A stretch of 64,000 nucleotides of DNA from an uncultured Planctomycetota bacterium (GCA_963845755.1 CAWJTV010000013.1:32001-96000); one strand, 5' to 3'. Numbered from the stretch's first letter, positions 42,700-55,295 are shown. The notes: generated by a model from the sequence alone, not told the origin. Made by a program: numbers and translations.

Positions 42700-44325
42700 T
42701 TAAGGATTGGCCCGGGGAGTTGGGGCACGATCGCTTGAGTTGGATGAACTCACGCCTGACCCTGTCGCCGCGTCTCCTCGTCGTTCCCTGGCAGGCCCCG
42801 CCGCATCGCTCGAACCCGATGAACTCTCATCCATTTCCCCACCCCTCGCCCTGGCCGAGACGCGCGTGCCGCCGCTCATCATGCGTCGCATTTGCTGCAT
42901 CATGCCGTCGGCCTGATTGCCGCGGTTACGGTCCTCCTTGGCTCCTTCCATCATACGCATCATGCCGCTCATGTTGTCCGCCGACCGATCGGACTGCGCA
43001 ACCCGTCGTTCCATCTCGCCGAATCGTCGTTCCAGCGCGGCGAGCCGTTCCTCCAGGGCGACGACCCGTGATGCAAGCGTCTGCGGCCGGCCATCGGAGG
43101 GAGCGGTCGGCGTGGTCGTCGCGCCTCCCGGCAGGCCGGGAGCCGGGGCGGTATCTGCTCCGGGCGCCATGAGGGGCTGAGGGATCGCGCCGGGCTGGGG
43201 GATCGCGCCGGTTGAGCGTGGAATGGTGTCGCTAGTCGCAACCGCCAGGGTCTCGGCGGTTGGGCGTGGAATAGTATCGCCTGCCGCAACGTGGGGGCGG
43301 GTTTCCGGCCGGGCCTCGGTTCCGGCGGCGGTCTTGCTCGATCCTCCCAGGGCCTCGAGGATCCGATCGAGCTTCCGCTCCAGGGCGCTGAGCCGGTCGT
43401 CTCCCGACGGGCCGGTGCCGGGGTTCCCGGGGCTTTGCGCGAGGACGCCGATCCCTGCGGTGACGACGATCGCGGAGGTGATGCCCAGGACGAGCCCTTT
43501 GAACTTGGCGATGAGCATGGCTTTGAGAACTCCTTGGGTCAGGGTTGCGACCGAGGTCGAAGCGGCCTCGGCCAGGGAAGCACCGGCCGCGACGCGGGCC
43601 GCGGCCTCGATCGTCGAGCCCGCCAGCGCGGGCGGGATCAACAGGGCGCGGGCCTCGGGCGCCAGCGCGGCATTCAGGGTGAAGGATGAAGGGGCGAGTC
43701 CCCGCCGCGCGAGTCGTTCTCGCAGCAGGTCCTTGGCGCGGGCGAGCCGGCTGGAGAGCGTGCCCTCGGGGATGCCGAGCCGCTGCGCGGCCGCGTGCCG
43801 CGACAGGCCGTCGAGTTCGCAGAGGACCACCGCGCCGCGGTACCTCTCGGGCAGCCGGGCGAGTTCCTCGTCGAGGATCGACCGCAGCTCGTCGAGGTCC
43901 GCCGCGTCGGCCGGGTTCAATTCAGAAGGCGACATGGCGTGTGCCTTTCGGTCGCGCGCCTGGCGGCGACTGGCGCGGGCTCGCGCGTCCAGCGCCGTGC
44001 GGCATGCGACGCCATAGAGCCAGTTGGCCAACTGCTGCCGACACGCGATGGAGGATGCCTTCCGCGCCAGGACCAGGAATACCGCCTGGAAGGCATCCTC
44101 CGCTTCGTGCCGGTCGCCCAGCACCCGTCGGCAGACGCCCAGCACCATCGGGCCATATCGTTCCACCAGCGCCGCGAACGCCGCCTCCGCCGACTCGTCC
44201 CGGTCCAGACCCCCGACGCCGACGAATCGGCCCAGTAGCTCCTCATCGCCAAGATGGCCCGCCACGCCAAAGCGGAACAGTCCATCCAACTGCTTCCAGA
44301 CTCCACGCGATGGTGCGCCACGCAT
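42700..44325 (-). CDS. ECF sigma factor with long C-terminal extension (planctomycete type)
   Basis: FAALVERYGPMVLGVCRRVL, AEDAFQAVFLVL and GTLSSRLARA, then TM helix and low-complexity tail. Confidence 0.92.
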   Translation of the reverse strand: MRGAPSRGVWKQLDGLFRFGVAGHLGDEELLGRFVGVGGLDRDESAEAAFAALVERYGPMVLGVCRRVLGDRHEAEDAFQAVFLVLARKASSIACRQQLANWLYGVACRTALDARARASRRQARDRKAHAMSPSELNPADAADLDELRSILDEELARLPERYRGAVVLCELDGLSRHAAAQRLGIPEGTLSSRLARAKDLLRERLARRGLAPSSFTLNAALAPEARALLIPPALAGSTIEAAARVAAGASLAEAASTSVATLTQGVLKAMLIAKFKGLVLGITSAIVVTAGIGVLAQSPGNPGTGPSGDDRLSALERKLDRILEALGGSSKTAAGTEARPETRPHVAAGDTIPRPTAETLAVATSDTIPRSTGAIPQPGAIPQPLMAPGADTAPAPGLPGGATTTPTAPSDGRPQTLASRVVALEERLAALERRFGEMERRVAQSDRSADNMSGMMRMMEGAKEDRNRGNQADGMMQQMRRMMSGGTRVSARARGGEMDESSSGSSDAAGPARERRGDAATGSGVSSSNSSDRAPTPRANP

Positions 44326-44624
44326 CCCGATTCCTCCCGGCTCCTCGCCCCGCCCACGCCATCTACCACATACTTGAAGCGGACCGCCCGGCGCGTCCCT
44401 TTTTTCCCGCCGAAATTGGGATCTCCCCGTCCCACGCCGTTCGAGCGAACGTCATCGACGTCGCATCTTCCTCTCTTCGCGGCAGTTGCGTCAATTGGTC
44501 TTCCTCCTGGGCTCCCGCACCTCGGTTGGGACCACGCCACGGTGATCGAGGGTTTCCGGACGGCTTGACCCGCTCGACTTCCCCAGGATTCCCGGCACAC
44601 CCGGAGCCTCTCGGGATCAAGAGC

Positions 44625-44639
44625 TGGCACATGACTTGC
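44625..44639 (+). promoter_or_regulatory. sigma54 (-24/-12) promoter
   Basis: TGGCAC-ATGAC-TTGC, an exact consensus match. Confidence 0.8.
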
Positions 44640-44763
44640 TATTATCCAGATACCAGTAGACGCACGTTTGAGTAAAGTCGCATACGACGAGGGCGATGGT
44701 TGATCGGATTTCGTTGACCAGGCTCCTTGTCTTTTCGATCGTGATATTTGAGGAGGCATCCCC

Positions 44764-45755
44764 ATGTTTTGGCGATTGAAGAACACCCTGCATGATACCG
44801 GCGACCACGCCCTGTGCCGTCGTTCGCGGCGCTGTGCACCCAGTCTTTCCGGGTCGGCTGCGTGCCTCGAGGATCGCCTCGTCCTCTCAGCCGTGGGTGG
44901 GGGCGAGCATGTCGCGCATGTCGCCCATCACGCGGTCCGGAGGGGAGTCCATGACCTACGAGGTGGCGTCAAGGTGCAGGTTTCGCACAAACACGACGTC
45001 GCGATGGCTCGCAGCCACGCGCTGCATGCATCAAACGCTGCCATGAATGATTATGCCGACCCGCCGGCTTCGCTCGTGTTTTCCTCGAGCGGCAGCTCGA
45101 ACACATCGGCCTCGAGCGGCAGCTCGACCGCATCGGCCTCGAACATGACCTCGGCCTCGATGACCTTCGCGCCAACACCGGCGGCGTCCGTAGCGACACC
45201 GACAGTCGGGTTGAAGGCTTTCCACGCGTTCGGACAGCCTAAGCCGCTCAACTTTTCCGATTTCCGAATGGGGACAGTGGGCGGGAGTGGTGGTGGTAGC
45301 CGATCCGTGGTCACAAGCACGACCAGGACCCGTGTGGGCGGGGCGACCATCCCGGGGATCGTCGGCGCCTCGCTTGGGTCCACGGCTGGGCGACGACCTC
45401 GACCACGGGGACGACCTCGACCACGGGGACGACCTCGACTGTGGTCCCGACCACGACCGCGATCCCCACCACGACTGGGGGGACAACCACGATCTCGAAC
45501 GCGACCGTGCCCTCAGGTTTGACCTCGGGCACGACCCTGTCTTCGGGGACGCCGGTGTCCGTCTCGAGCTCGGGGACGGTCACCTCCGCGGGGACGGTCA
45601 CGTCGGTGGGCCAGTTGCCGTTGAGCCAGTTGTCGATCTCCAACCCGGTTACGGTCGTCACCACGCCGGTCAACGCTTCGCTGGCCAGCACCTCACCCCT
45701 GATGTCGCCGGTGACCAGTTCCTTCGCCGTCAACCTGACACCGGTCGTCGTCTAG
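44764..45755 (+). CDS. Ser/Thr-rich putative secreted protein with LEPR-XLL-type motif (frameshifted)
   Basis: ACLEDRLVLS motif and S/T-rich body, continuing in ORF 45441..45755. Confidence 0.65.
45392..45439 (+). repeat. 18-bp tandem repeat (gacgacctcgaccacggg)
   Basis: About 2.7 copies, encoding TTSTTG in the likely true frame. Confidence 0.8.
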
Positions 45756-45983
45756 GAAGGTCGACGAATGGACGGTCGCCGCGCGGACGCCACTCGACTC
45801 CAAAACGAGCGGATCCTGCGCGAGATCGGTGCTCTTCCCGGGCGGCATGGCCCATCGATGTGGGCCTGCCGCCCACTGTACTGCGCCCGGCGATCAAGGC
45901 TTGCGTCGGGATTGGAAACTCGCTCCGATCACCGATCCGGAATCTCGAATCGGGACGCCGGAAACTCGCCTCAGCCTCGGTCC

Positions 45984-46595
45984 CTACTCGAGCACATCCC
46001 GATATCGGAGATATAGATTCTTTTCCTCTTCGACGACGGGCCCATGTTCGACGACGGGCCCATCGGGCGATTCCTTCGTGACCATCAGGAACCCGTCCTT
46101 CACCAGATACACCAACCCCAACGAATCGAGAATGCGCGCGAGATGCTCACCCAGGGTCGGTGTGTCGGCCGATGGCGGCCTCTTGACCCGAGAGTTCAAA
46201 GAGACCTCGGCCTCCTGGAGTCCGAGCGGGTCGACGTAGATCGGGATGCCGGCTGTGAGCTTGGGCACCTTCGGATTCTTCGTGGTGAGCGCCCGGATCT
46301 TCTTGAGTACGACATCCAACGGCGCATCATCGAGGTAAATCAAACTGCCTCCAGGCAGCTTGAGGGCGTCGTAAATCCCCTCGTCCCTGAGGTTCCTGTA
46401 GTACGACAATCTGTCCAGGAGGAGTGCCTGGCGGCGCCTCTGATCGTACAAGCCTACCAGGAGCGCCACGACGACAGTCAGGAGCAAGAGCGTGCTCAAC
46501 CGGACTCCGCGCACGAACCAAAGACGGCGCCGTTTCTGGGTTGTGGTGTCGGGCTGTGCTGCTGGCCAAACGGAAGGAGCAGACGTCGTGGTCAT
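45984..46595 (-). CDS. Membrane-anchored hypothetical protein (paralog A)
   Basis: RLSTLLLL TM segment, IPIYVDPLGLQEA and YLVKDGFLMVT. Confidence 0.7.
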   Translation of the reverse strand: MTTTSAPSVWPAAQPDTTTQKRRRLWFVRGVRLSTLLLLTVVVALLVGLYDQRRRQALLLDRLSYYRNLRDEGIYDALKLPGGSLIYLDDAPLDVVLKKIRALTTKNPKVPKLTAGIPIYVDPLGLQEAEVSLNSRVKRPPSADTPTLGEHLARILDSLGLVYLVKDGFLMVTKESPDGPVVEHGPVVEEEKNLYLRYRDVLE

Positions 46596-47128
46596 GGCAG
46601 GAGCCCTTCCTCGTCCTTCGGCTGCTCGATCATGGGATTCTCGATGGCGTCGGGCGTGGTGATCCAGATCGCACCGTCCTTCACCTCGCAGGCCAGGCCC
46701 ATCGGCTCCAGGATCGTACGAAGCTTCTCCCGGAACCGGGTCCTCCCCTGAGGATCCACCGGCAGACCCACCATCGGCGACTTCAGGGTCTTGCCGGTCC
46801 GTTGCAAGGCCTCCGGATCGACGTAGATCGGGATGCCTTTCGGCAACGACGCGGCCCACTTGCTCGACATCGTCTGGATCCGGTCGATCGCATCCTCCAG
46901 GGTCGTGCCCTGGGGCCAGTCCACGTTGAGCCAATTGTCAATGGCCCAGGTGATGTGGCCCACAGACCGGCCCTTGTAGGCCGCCAGCGCCTCACGCAGC
47001 CGCGCCTCCCGGCGCTGCTCCCGGATCAGGGCGTATCCCAGTACCAGGATAACCATCAACAGCAGCGCGGTGCTGAGTCGGATCGGCCATCGCCGCGATG
47101 GGGCTGACAGGGCGTCGATTGGGACCAT
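46592..47128 (-). CDS. Membrane-anchored hypothetical protein (paralog B)
   Basis: RLSTALLL TM segment, IPIYVDPEALQ and EVKDGAIWIT. Confidence 0.7.
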   Translation of the reverse strand: MVPIDALSAPSRRWPIRLSTALLLMVILVLGYALIREQRREARLREALAAYKGRSVGHITWAIDNWLNVDWPQGTTLEDAIDRIQTMSSKWAASLPKGIPIYVDPEALQRTGKTLKSPMVGLPVDPQGRTRFREKLRTILEPMGLACEVKDGAIWITTPDAIENPMIEQPKDEEGLLP

Positions 47129-47273
47129 GGGACAGAGAGTCGAGGATGTCACGAAGCACACGAAAAGCACCGCTCGATTCACCGCAGTATGCCATGCCCG
47201 CGGTGTCTCTTCCAACCTGCCGAAGCCCCGAGGGGCCGTCTTCCCGTTTTCGCGGCTTTCGTGGATTTCCCAG

Positions 47274-47763
47274 TCACGACTCGATCGCCGCCATCGCGGA
47301 ATGGGCGAGCCGGTAGACCAGCAGCGGCGCGCGTTTGCGCGTGACGGCCGCGGCGACCTCGCAGCGGAGGTGTCCGCTGGCGTGCTGGAGGTGTTCCAGG
47401 ATGATGTCAGGCCCGTGCTCTCGCTCGGTCTTGCCGTCGACGGACGCGACCGCCACCATGAGCCGGGAGGCGTCGGGGAACGGGGTGACGTCCACGACGT
47501 GGAGGTTCCGCAGCACGGCGTCGCCGCAATCGGCGAAGACCTCGTCGAGCGTGATCGCCACCTGCCGGCAAAGCTGGCAGGCCTTGCGGTTGACCGGTCG
47601 GCCCTGCGGCCCGAATGCCGAGCCCCGGACCGGGCCCGGACAGGCGGCTCCGCCCGCCGCGACCGATCCGCCGAGGCGCCAGCCGCGGGTCCAGCCCGTC
47701 TTCCTCGCCGAGCTCGGCGCACAGGCCGCGCATTTGCACTTTTGATGGAAAATGATGTCTCAT
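47274..47763 (-). CDS. RbfA-like protein (divergent paralog, frameshifted)
   Basis: RKACQLCRQVAITL...LHVVDVTPFPDASRLMV...LRCEVAAAVTRKRAPLLVY resembles the RbfA KH-fold pattern. Confidence 0.7.
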
Positions 47764-47981
47764 AATCGCTCTCACGGATAAGAATCTCGTAGGCAGTACG
47801 CGGTGGGGAGTAGGCAGTCGAGATGAATCCGATAAGACAGGCCGGCGCGTGCCGGACCTGCCTTCTCTCCGAAACTGCCCATTGACAGCGATGAGAGCCT
47901 GATTCGGACGCGCACGGGCGCTTTGGTGCGGCGCCGGCCGTCACGGTGCGTGACCTCTTCGTAAACCTCGCGGTGCGAGGA

Positions 47982-48044
47982 CTACCGGGACCCGGGCGCG
48001 GGACTCAGGCTCGACGACACACTCATGGAGAGACTCATTCGCAT
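47982..48044 (-). CDS. Candidate leader peptide MRMSLSMSVSSSLSPAPGSR
   Basis: AAGGAGG 6 nt before the ATG. TTGATC-17-TATGAT promoter at 48155-48127. Confidence 0.5.
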   Translation of the reverse strand: MRMSLSMSVSSSLSPAPGSR

Positions 48045-48323
48045 CGTCAGCCTCCTTCGGGTCGCTTCCCATTGAGACATGGAAATGGAGAGCGTGCGGT
48101 CGCGACATATCGCGATCGACATCGTAATCATAGTCGCGCAACGGCCGGGGATCAACCCAATTCCGCTTTCGTCGTGGCCGGTGGCACGTGGCCAGTAAAG
48201 ACCAACCCTCCTTTTGCCGCTTGTCCCTTGCCAATTGCCACTTACGATCGTGTCGGACTCATATCCAGATCGCCGGCGCGGGGGTATAATCGATCGGAAA
48301 TCCACGCGATCAGGAGCCGACTG

Positions 48324-49705
<1,382 letters not shown>

Positions 49706-49709
<4 letters not shown>

Positions 49710-50301
49710 ATGTCCGAATCATCCCCGAGGACGAGGTCAATGATCAATTTATCTTGAAACCCTTGTTCGAGGCCATGCTCAAGAGGCTTGGGAAGAGGGA
49801 TGCGCGGGTGAAGATCCACCCGCCCGACCCCGCGGGTTGGGAAGGCGTGAAGCAGTGGAAGCAGATCCAGCAAATCCTGGATGATTTCTCGGAAGCCCAG
49901 CTTTTCATCCTCTGCGTTGATCGGGATTGCCACGAGTCAGCGGGAGCGGATCTTGGCCGAGCTGGAGGCACGCGCGAACGAGAAGCTCCAATACCCACGG
50001 CGCCTGCTTCGTCGCTGCGCAGGCATGGCAGGAAGTCGAGGTCTGGGCCCTGGCCGGGATCGATTGGCGGCTCAAGCCGAGGTGGACCTGGGAGACGATC
50101 CGCAGCGAACGCGATTCCAAGGAGCATTATTTCGAGCCGGTCGCCAAGGATCGGGGTCTATTCGGCCTGCGCGGCCAAGGACGAAAAGAACTGGGCGCGG
50201 AGGCCGCGCGCAATTACGCCAGGGTCCGGCAGAATTGCCCGGAAGTCCGCGAACTGGAGGACCGGATTCGCCGATGGATCGCCACCATGCCTCACAGGTA
50301 G
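49706..50301 (+). CDS. TOPRIM-like (DUF4276-like) partner protein (frameshifted)
   Basis: IIPEDEVND, LCVDRD and QEVEVWALAG. ATGA overlap with the ATPase. Confidence 0.7.
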
Positions 50302-51997
50302 CCCAGATCGGCCAGGCGCTGCTGGATGGCGGCGTCTTCTTCGGCGGTGTAGGGCGAGTCGATCGGTGCCGAGCTGGCGCGTGGGCGCCGGCAGGCGGCC
50401 GTGGCGAGGGCCGCGGCGGGACGGGCACGTCGTCGCGGGATCGCCGCCGGATCGAGGACCTCGGTCAGGACGCGGCCATCCATGTCGGCGGGGACCGGGA
50501 TTCCCAGCAGGTGGAGCACGGTCGGGGCGATGTCGAGCAGCTCGGCGCCTCGGGGCGCGGACCCGGTCCGGAACGCCGGCCCGGTGCCGATGAAGACCCC
50601 CTCCATCCGATGGTCGCCCGTCGGACCGAATGCCGGCGAGATCACCCGATGCGTCGTGAAGTCGTGCAGGCCGATCGTGCGATAGCGCCAGTCGTTGAGC
50701 ACCACCGTCAGGTCGGGGGCAAGGTAGGCGTGCGGGCCGTCGTAGAGCTCCTCGGCTTCGTAGACATGTTCGACCAGCGGCTGACCCGTCTCAGGATGGG
50801 GGATCGTCTTGAGTGCCGCCTTCAGGTCTTCGAGGAGCGGGCGGGCGTCCGCGGGGGCCACGCACCCCTGGGGCTGCCGCCCCTGGAGATTCAAGAAGAT
50901 CTGGCCGAAGTTGCCCTGTGCGTAGGCGCGGGTCCGCGACCAGTCGATGTGCCGCCGCGACAGGAACAGCGACTCGCCCAGCCGGTCGAGCCGGCTGGCC
51001 TGCTTGCCGCGGAACCGGCTGACCCGATGGCTCCCCAGTCCCAGCCGGCTCATCACGTCGTAGATCCACTCGGGAGTGATCCCCCGGCGATAGCACCAGG
51101 CTTTCTGCTTGACGTAGAACGAGTCCTGAAGCGCGATGTCACCCCGCTCCAGCAGCCAGACGTTGAAATTCACGTAGTGCTCGATCGGCCCAAAGCCGTG
51201 GTCGCTCATGAGCATCAGGGCGGTATCCGGCGGCAGCTCGGCCTCGATGGTCGCCGATCCATCGGTCGAGCGTCTGCCAGAAATGGATCAGCCGGGGCCG
51301 CAGCGCGGCCAGCTCGCGCTCGCGTCCCCGCGCCACCCGATGGGTCAAGTCCCAGACGTGCCATAACTCATGCTGCAAGCGATCCGTCGCCATCAGGTCG
51401 AAGAGGAACAGGTCCCAATCGCACCGGTTCATCAGGAACGAGACGGTGCGCAGATGCTGCTCCAGGAAGTCCTGCAAGTCTTCGAGCACGGCCGACTCGT
51501 TGCCGCCGTCGTGGATGGCCGTCGCCCAGGGACGATACGGCCCAACCGACGTTCTCCAGCTCGGCGAAGAGCTCCGGGTCGCTGCTGAAATCCGGCGCCG
51601 ACGCCGGGCTGAGGAAATCGCCCAGGAAGAACCCGGGGAACCGCCCGGCCGGCCGCGGCGGGTAGCTCATCGGCACCCCGCCGGCCACCGTCCGCTTCCC
51701 GTGCTGCGCCGCGATCTCCCAGATCAGCTTCGACTGGACCGCCCGCGAGGAGTTGACGCGACCCTCCAACGGGTCGTGCCGGTGCTCCACGAACTCGAAG
51801 ATCCCGTGCTTCCCCGAGTTCTTCCCCGTCATCACCCCCGTCCAGGCCACCGGACTCAACGGCGGAAATACCGAGCCCAGCATCCCCCATGAGCCTTGCT
51901 CGCGCAACCGGGCCAGGTTCGGCAGCAAATCCTGCCGGATCAACGGCTCCAGCACGTCCCACGTCGCCCCATCCAAACCCAGAACCATGACCTTCAT
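50292..51997 (-). CDS. Alkaline phosphatase superfamily / nucleotide pyrophosphatase-phosphodiesterase (frameshifted)
   Basis: GLDGATW, TGKNSGKHGIF, DRLQH, SDHGFG, TGDHR, DIAPT and LADLGYL. Confidence 0.9.
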
Positions 51998-52614
51998 CGC
52001 GACGATTTCCTTTCCGGAGCCCCGGTTTTCCGACCGCCTCATCTCACAAGAATGTCACAGCGATGACCACTCCTCGCCACGGTGATTGGCTCGACCCTCA
52101 CCATATTTCACATTTTGCGCTTGTTTTGTGAAACCTCAAAATCACCATCTTACTTTCTCTCAACCCAGATACACCACCGCCTGCAAATTATCCAGGCTTT
52201 TCAGATTTACACGACAGCCGGATGTGGGAGAGCGGGGGTATGCTGGAGGGTGGATGCAATGCTCGGGTTCGGTCATAACCACTGCTAAGGTCATACCAGT
52301 CGGAGCCGGATTGTATGGGGAATGCTCAAAAGATGCAGCGCGAGGTTCCGCAACCGAGGACGAACTCCGAACGATCCCGGATCACGAATTCATAACCGAT
52401 TTCCTGGCAAGAAGAAGCGTCTACCGAGCCGCTGGGAAGGTCGATTTCGCGATCCAGAAACTTTGACGTCTGGAGAATTGTGAACGATTGAATGAAAAAT
52501 GCCGAGAGAATGAAATGACGGGGTAAGGAGCCGAACCGGATCGACGCGGGGGAAGCACCGTGCCCACCGCGTGGTACCCGTCTGCACCGGGCCGGCAAGG
52601 AGGAGGGTGTCATC

Positions 52615-53328
52615 ATGGGTCGGTTATTCGGCCAACGGGATGACTCGGGGTGCGGGGCCGACCGCAGTCGCCTGGGTCGCTGGCGGACTTCGACTCGCCG
52701 ACGTCCGCAGTGCGATGAGCTGGAGCCACGCCGGCTCCTGTCGAAGTCGGCGGCCCCGTCCGAGGGCTACCTCTCACCCGGGGCTGGGGAAGCGGCCAAG
52801 GCGCAGTCGCTGATGTCGAGCGTGGCGGGACCGGCCTTTCAGAAGTACGCCGGCGATCTGCAACGACTGGAGCAGTCCTCGGGCGTCACCCCGGCCCAGT
52901 TCGCGAAGCTGAAGAACGATGTCGAGCAACTCGCGGTGGACATCGATTCGTCCGACGAGATGTCCGGCACGGATGCCGAGGACGAGTCCCAGCAGTTCAT
53001 CATGGTCCAGAACGCCGTTGACCAGGCGTTCGTCGGGACAACCTATACGAAGGCCGACTGGAATGCGTTGGAGACGGAGATGGCCAATGGCCTCTACAAC
53101 GTCACCCTCACGACCAATCTCCCCCAGCAAACCATGAGCGAGATGAGGGTGATCGCCCGCGCGGCTCACATCACGGCGGCCGAGAGCCAGCAACTGACGG
53201 CGGACCAGCAGGCTCTTGCCACGGCCCTGGGTGCCCACGCCACCTCCACCCTGGGTGGCAGTACCCCGCGAAATCCGGTGGTCGTTTACTATGAGGGGCA
53301 GCTCAGCCAATTCGTCCACAAACGGTGA
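52615..53328 (+). CDS. Putative secreted protein with LEPR-XLL motif
   Basis: RPQCDELEPRRLLS motif, AGGAGG RBS. Confidence 0.75.
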   Translation: MGRLFGQRDDSGCGADRSRLGRWRTSTRRRPQCDELEPRRLLSKSAAPSEGYLSPGAGEAAKAQSLMSSVAGPAFQKYAGDLQRLEQSSGVTPAQFAKLKNDVEQLAVDIDSSDEMSGTDAEDESQQFIMVQNAVDQAFVGTTYTKADWNALETEMANGLYNVTLTTNLPQQTMSEMRVIARAAHITAAESQQLTADQQALATALGAHATSTLGGSTPRNPVVVYYEGQLSQFVHKR

Positions 53329-53714
53329 AGCCGGGCAACGCTCAGCTCGAGGACCGCACCGAGGGCGACGCCCGCGGCGTAGCAGACCAGGTCGCTCCAG
53401 AGGAAGCCGAAGCCCAGGACGAGGCCGCCCAGCGTCGTCCGGCGGATTGCGTCGATCCAGGGGGCGTGATAGAGCTGACTGACCTCAACCAGCGTGGAAA
53501 GTCCGAATGCCACGGCCGCGACCCGCCCAGTTCCGACCCGGGGAAAAACCAGACCGAGGAACAGAAACAGGGCGAGCGCCCAGAGTGTATCACCGGCGAA
53601 GCTGGCCAGAACCTGCGGCAGGTGACCGGCGAAGCGGCGGGAGCCGACGCCCAGTCCAACGGCGAGGGCCAGCAGGATCGTCGCGGCCATGGGGTGACGA
53701 TGAATTGTTCGCAT
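53289..53714 (-). CDS. DUF2809 membrane protein
   Basis: GDTLWAL, EVSQLYHAPWIDAIRRTTLGGLVLGFGFLWSDL. Confidence 0.88.
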   Translation of the reverse strand: MRTIHRHPMAATILLALAVGLGVGSRRFAGHLPQVLASFAGDTLWALALFLFLGLVFPRVGTGRVAAVAFGLSTLVEVSQLYHAPWIDAIRRTTLGGLVLGFGFLWSDLVCYAAGVALGAVLELSVARLHRLWTNWLSCPS

Positions 53715-53814
53715 GATCCTCATCGTGGTCATTAGGCGCGGAGAGTCGAGCCGAATGGTGAGGGCTGGGACAGAAACGAACCTCGGATCAACCCTGCTGA
53801 ATCGGAACCGGGCC

Positions 53815-54287
53815 ATGAAGACCAACGCCGTCCGACAGCTCGACAACCTGGGCATCCCCTACGAGCTGCGCCATACGACGTCGCCCCGGACGACCTCGCC
53901 GCCGAGACGGTGGCCCGAAAGATCGGCTTGCCGCCCGAGCAGGTCTTCAAGACGCTGATCGCCCGCGGCACGACGCACGGGGTCTGCCTGGCCGTGGTGC
54001 CGGGAGATACCCAGCTCGACCTGAAGGCGCTGGCCAAGGCGTCGGGCGACAAGAAAGTCGACACGGTCCCCCTCAAGGAAGTCGAGCCGCTGACCGGCTA
54101 CATCCGCGGCGGGGTGACCGCCCTGGCGTGCAAGAAGCCTTACCCAGTTTACCTCGACGAGACTGCCGACCTCTTCGATGTGATCGCTGTCTCCGCCGGC
54201 ATTCGGGGCCTGCAAATCCTGATCGCCCCGGCCGACTACATGCGTGTCACCAACGCCACACTCATTGCAATCGCCAAGGAGAAATAG
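53815..54287 (+). CDS. ybaK: Cys-tRNA(Pro) deacylase (frameshift near 53878)
   Basis: MKTNAVRQLD, QVFKTL, LDLKALA, TGYIRGG and VSAG.RG. Confidence 0.93.
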
Positions 54288-54589
54288 GGCGGTCCCGACA
54301 CGTCCCACCGCACGACGCCTCCCGGGCCTCCGCTCGAGGGATCGGGCCTCTTTGATCAGATGATCCCTATTCTTGATCGAAGAATGGATGCGACGACCCA
54401 TCAACACTCCCATCATTGCGAGTTCTTCCATCGCCCGGAAACCCAACACATCTGCCTAGAGTCCGCGCCGTCTCGGCATCCCTCTCGAATGCGATCCCAC
54501 GCGGGCCGTTCGCGGTCGGTTAACACAAGTCGCGGGATCTCCAGGGTTTAGAAAAGCATCGTCTCGAACCTCTCCCGGCCGCGCGCCGT

Positions 54590-54604
54590 TGGCACGGGTC
54601 CTGC
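54590..54604 (+). promoter_or_regulatory. sigma54 (-24/-12) promoter
   Basis: TGGCAC-GGGTC-CTGC, GG-N10-GC spacing. Confidence 0.65.
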
Positions 54605-54615
54605 TTAAATCATCT

Positions 54616-54793
54616 TGCGAAGCCGGAACCAACTGCTCCCAAGAACCGGAAACCCATCCAGCATCCGCGAAACCAAGAGCTTCTACGAATCACGCTCTCC
54701 CGATCCCGGGAGTTGACTCTCTACCAGGAATCACGAGCAAGCGTCGTTCTCCCTGGCTGTGCCCGGCCCCCTCGTGGGGGGCCGGGCTTTTTT
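54616..54793 (+). ncRNA. Candidate sigma54-dependent small RNA
   Basis: Lies between a sigma54 promoter and an intrinsic terminator, with internal hairpins and no credible ORF. Confidence 0.5.
54761..54793 (+). terminator. Rho-independent terminator
   Basis: gcccggccccc stem pairing with gggggccgggc, followed by tttttt. Confidence 0.85.
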
Positions 54794-54923
54794 CATTTCT
54801 ACGCCGTAAATACCCTGGGTTCAAGACTTACGGCTTTCCACAGATTCCACAAAACCCACGATTGGGTATCAATTCGCACGGTTTTGAGTATCAGAGTGGG
54901 TATCAGCGAAGCACCTGGCAGGG

Positions 54924-55295
54924 TCAGCCATTGCCGTCGATCACGCTGGCGAGCGCGTCGAAGTCGGCAGCCTCCAATAGCGGCCGTCCGGTCTGGGCAT
55001 CGATGATTTCATCCCGAAGTCCGGTCTCGGGGTCGATGGCCGTATTCCACCCCTCCGGCCGGTGGACGAACCCCAGGGCGGCCGTGGGCCGCGCATCGTC
55101 GGCCTTCGGCCCCACCAGCAGCAGAGTCTTCGGCGCATACCCGCGGAATTCGTCCGCATTGATCCGGTTCATGTAGGGGCCCAACTGCGCGAGCAGCGCG
55201 ATAGGGGGAGTGCGCCAGGGGAATTCCAATTCCACATACTGGGCCGTCGGATGGTGCCGCTTCAGCTCGTCGAATCCCCGGTAAGGTTCGGTCAT
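54924..55295 (-). CDS. Hypothetical protein (possibly phage-derived)
   Basis: Clean 123-aa ORF containing INADEFRGYAPKTLL and HRPEGWN. Confidence 0.65.
   Translation of the reverse strand: MTEPYRGFDELKRHHPTAQYVELEFPWRTPPIALLAQLGPYMNRINADEFRGYAPKTLLLVGPKADDARPTAALGFVHRPEGWNTAIDPETGLRDEIIDAQTGRPLLEAADFDALASVIDGNG

Noticed and set aside
45392..45439. CRISPR or iteron array
   Set aside because: Contiguous 18-bp repeat encoding a Thr-rich linker.
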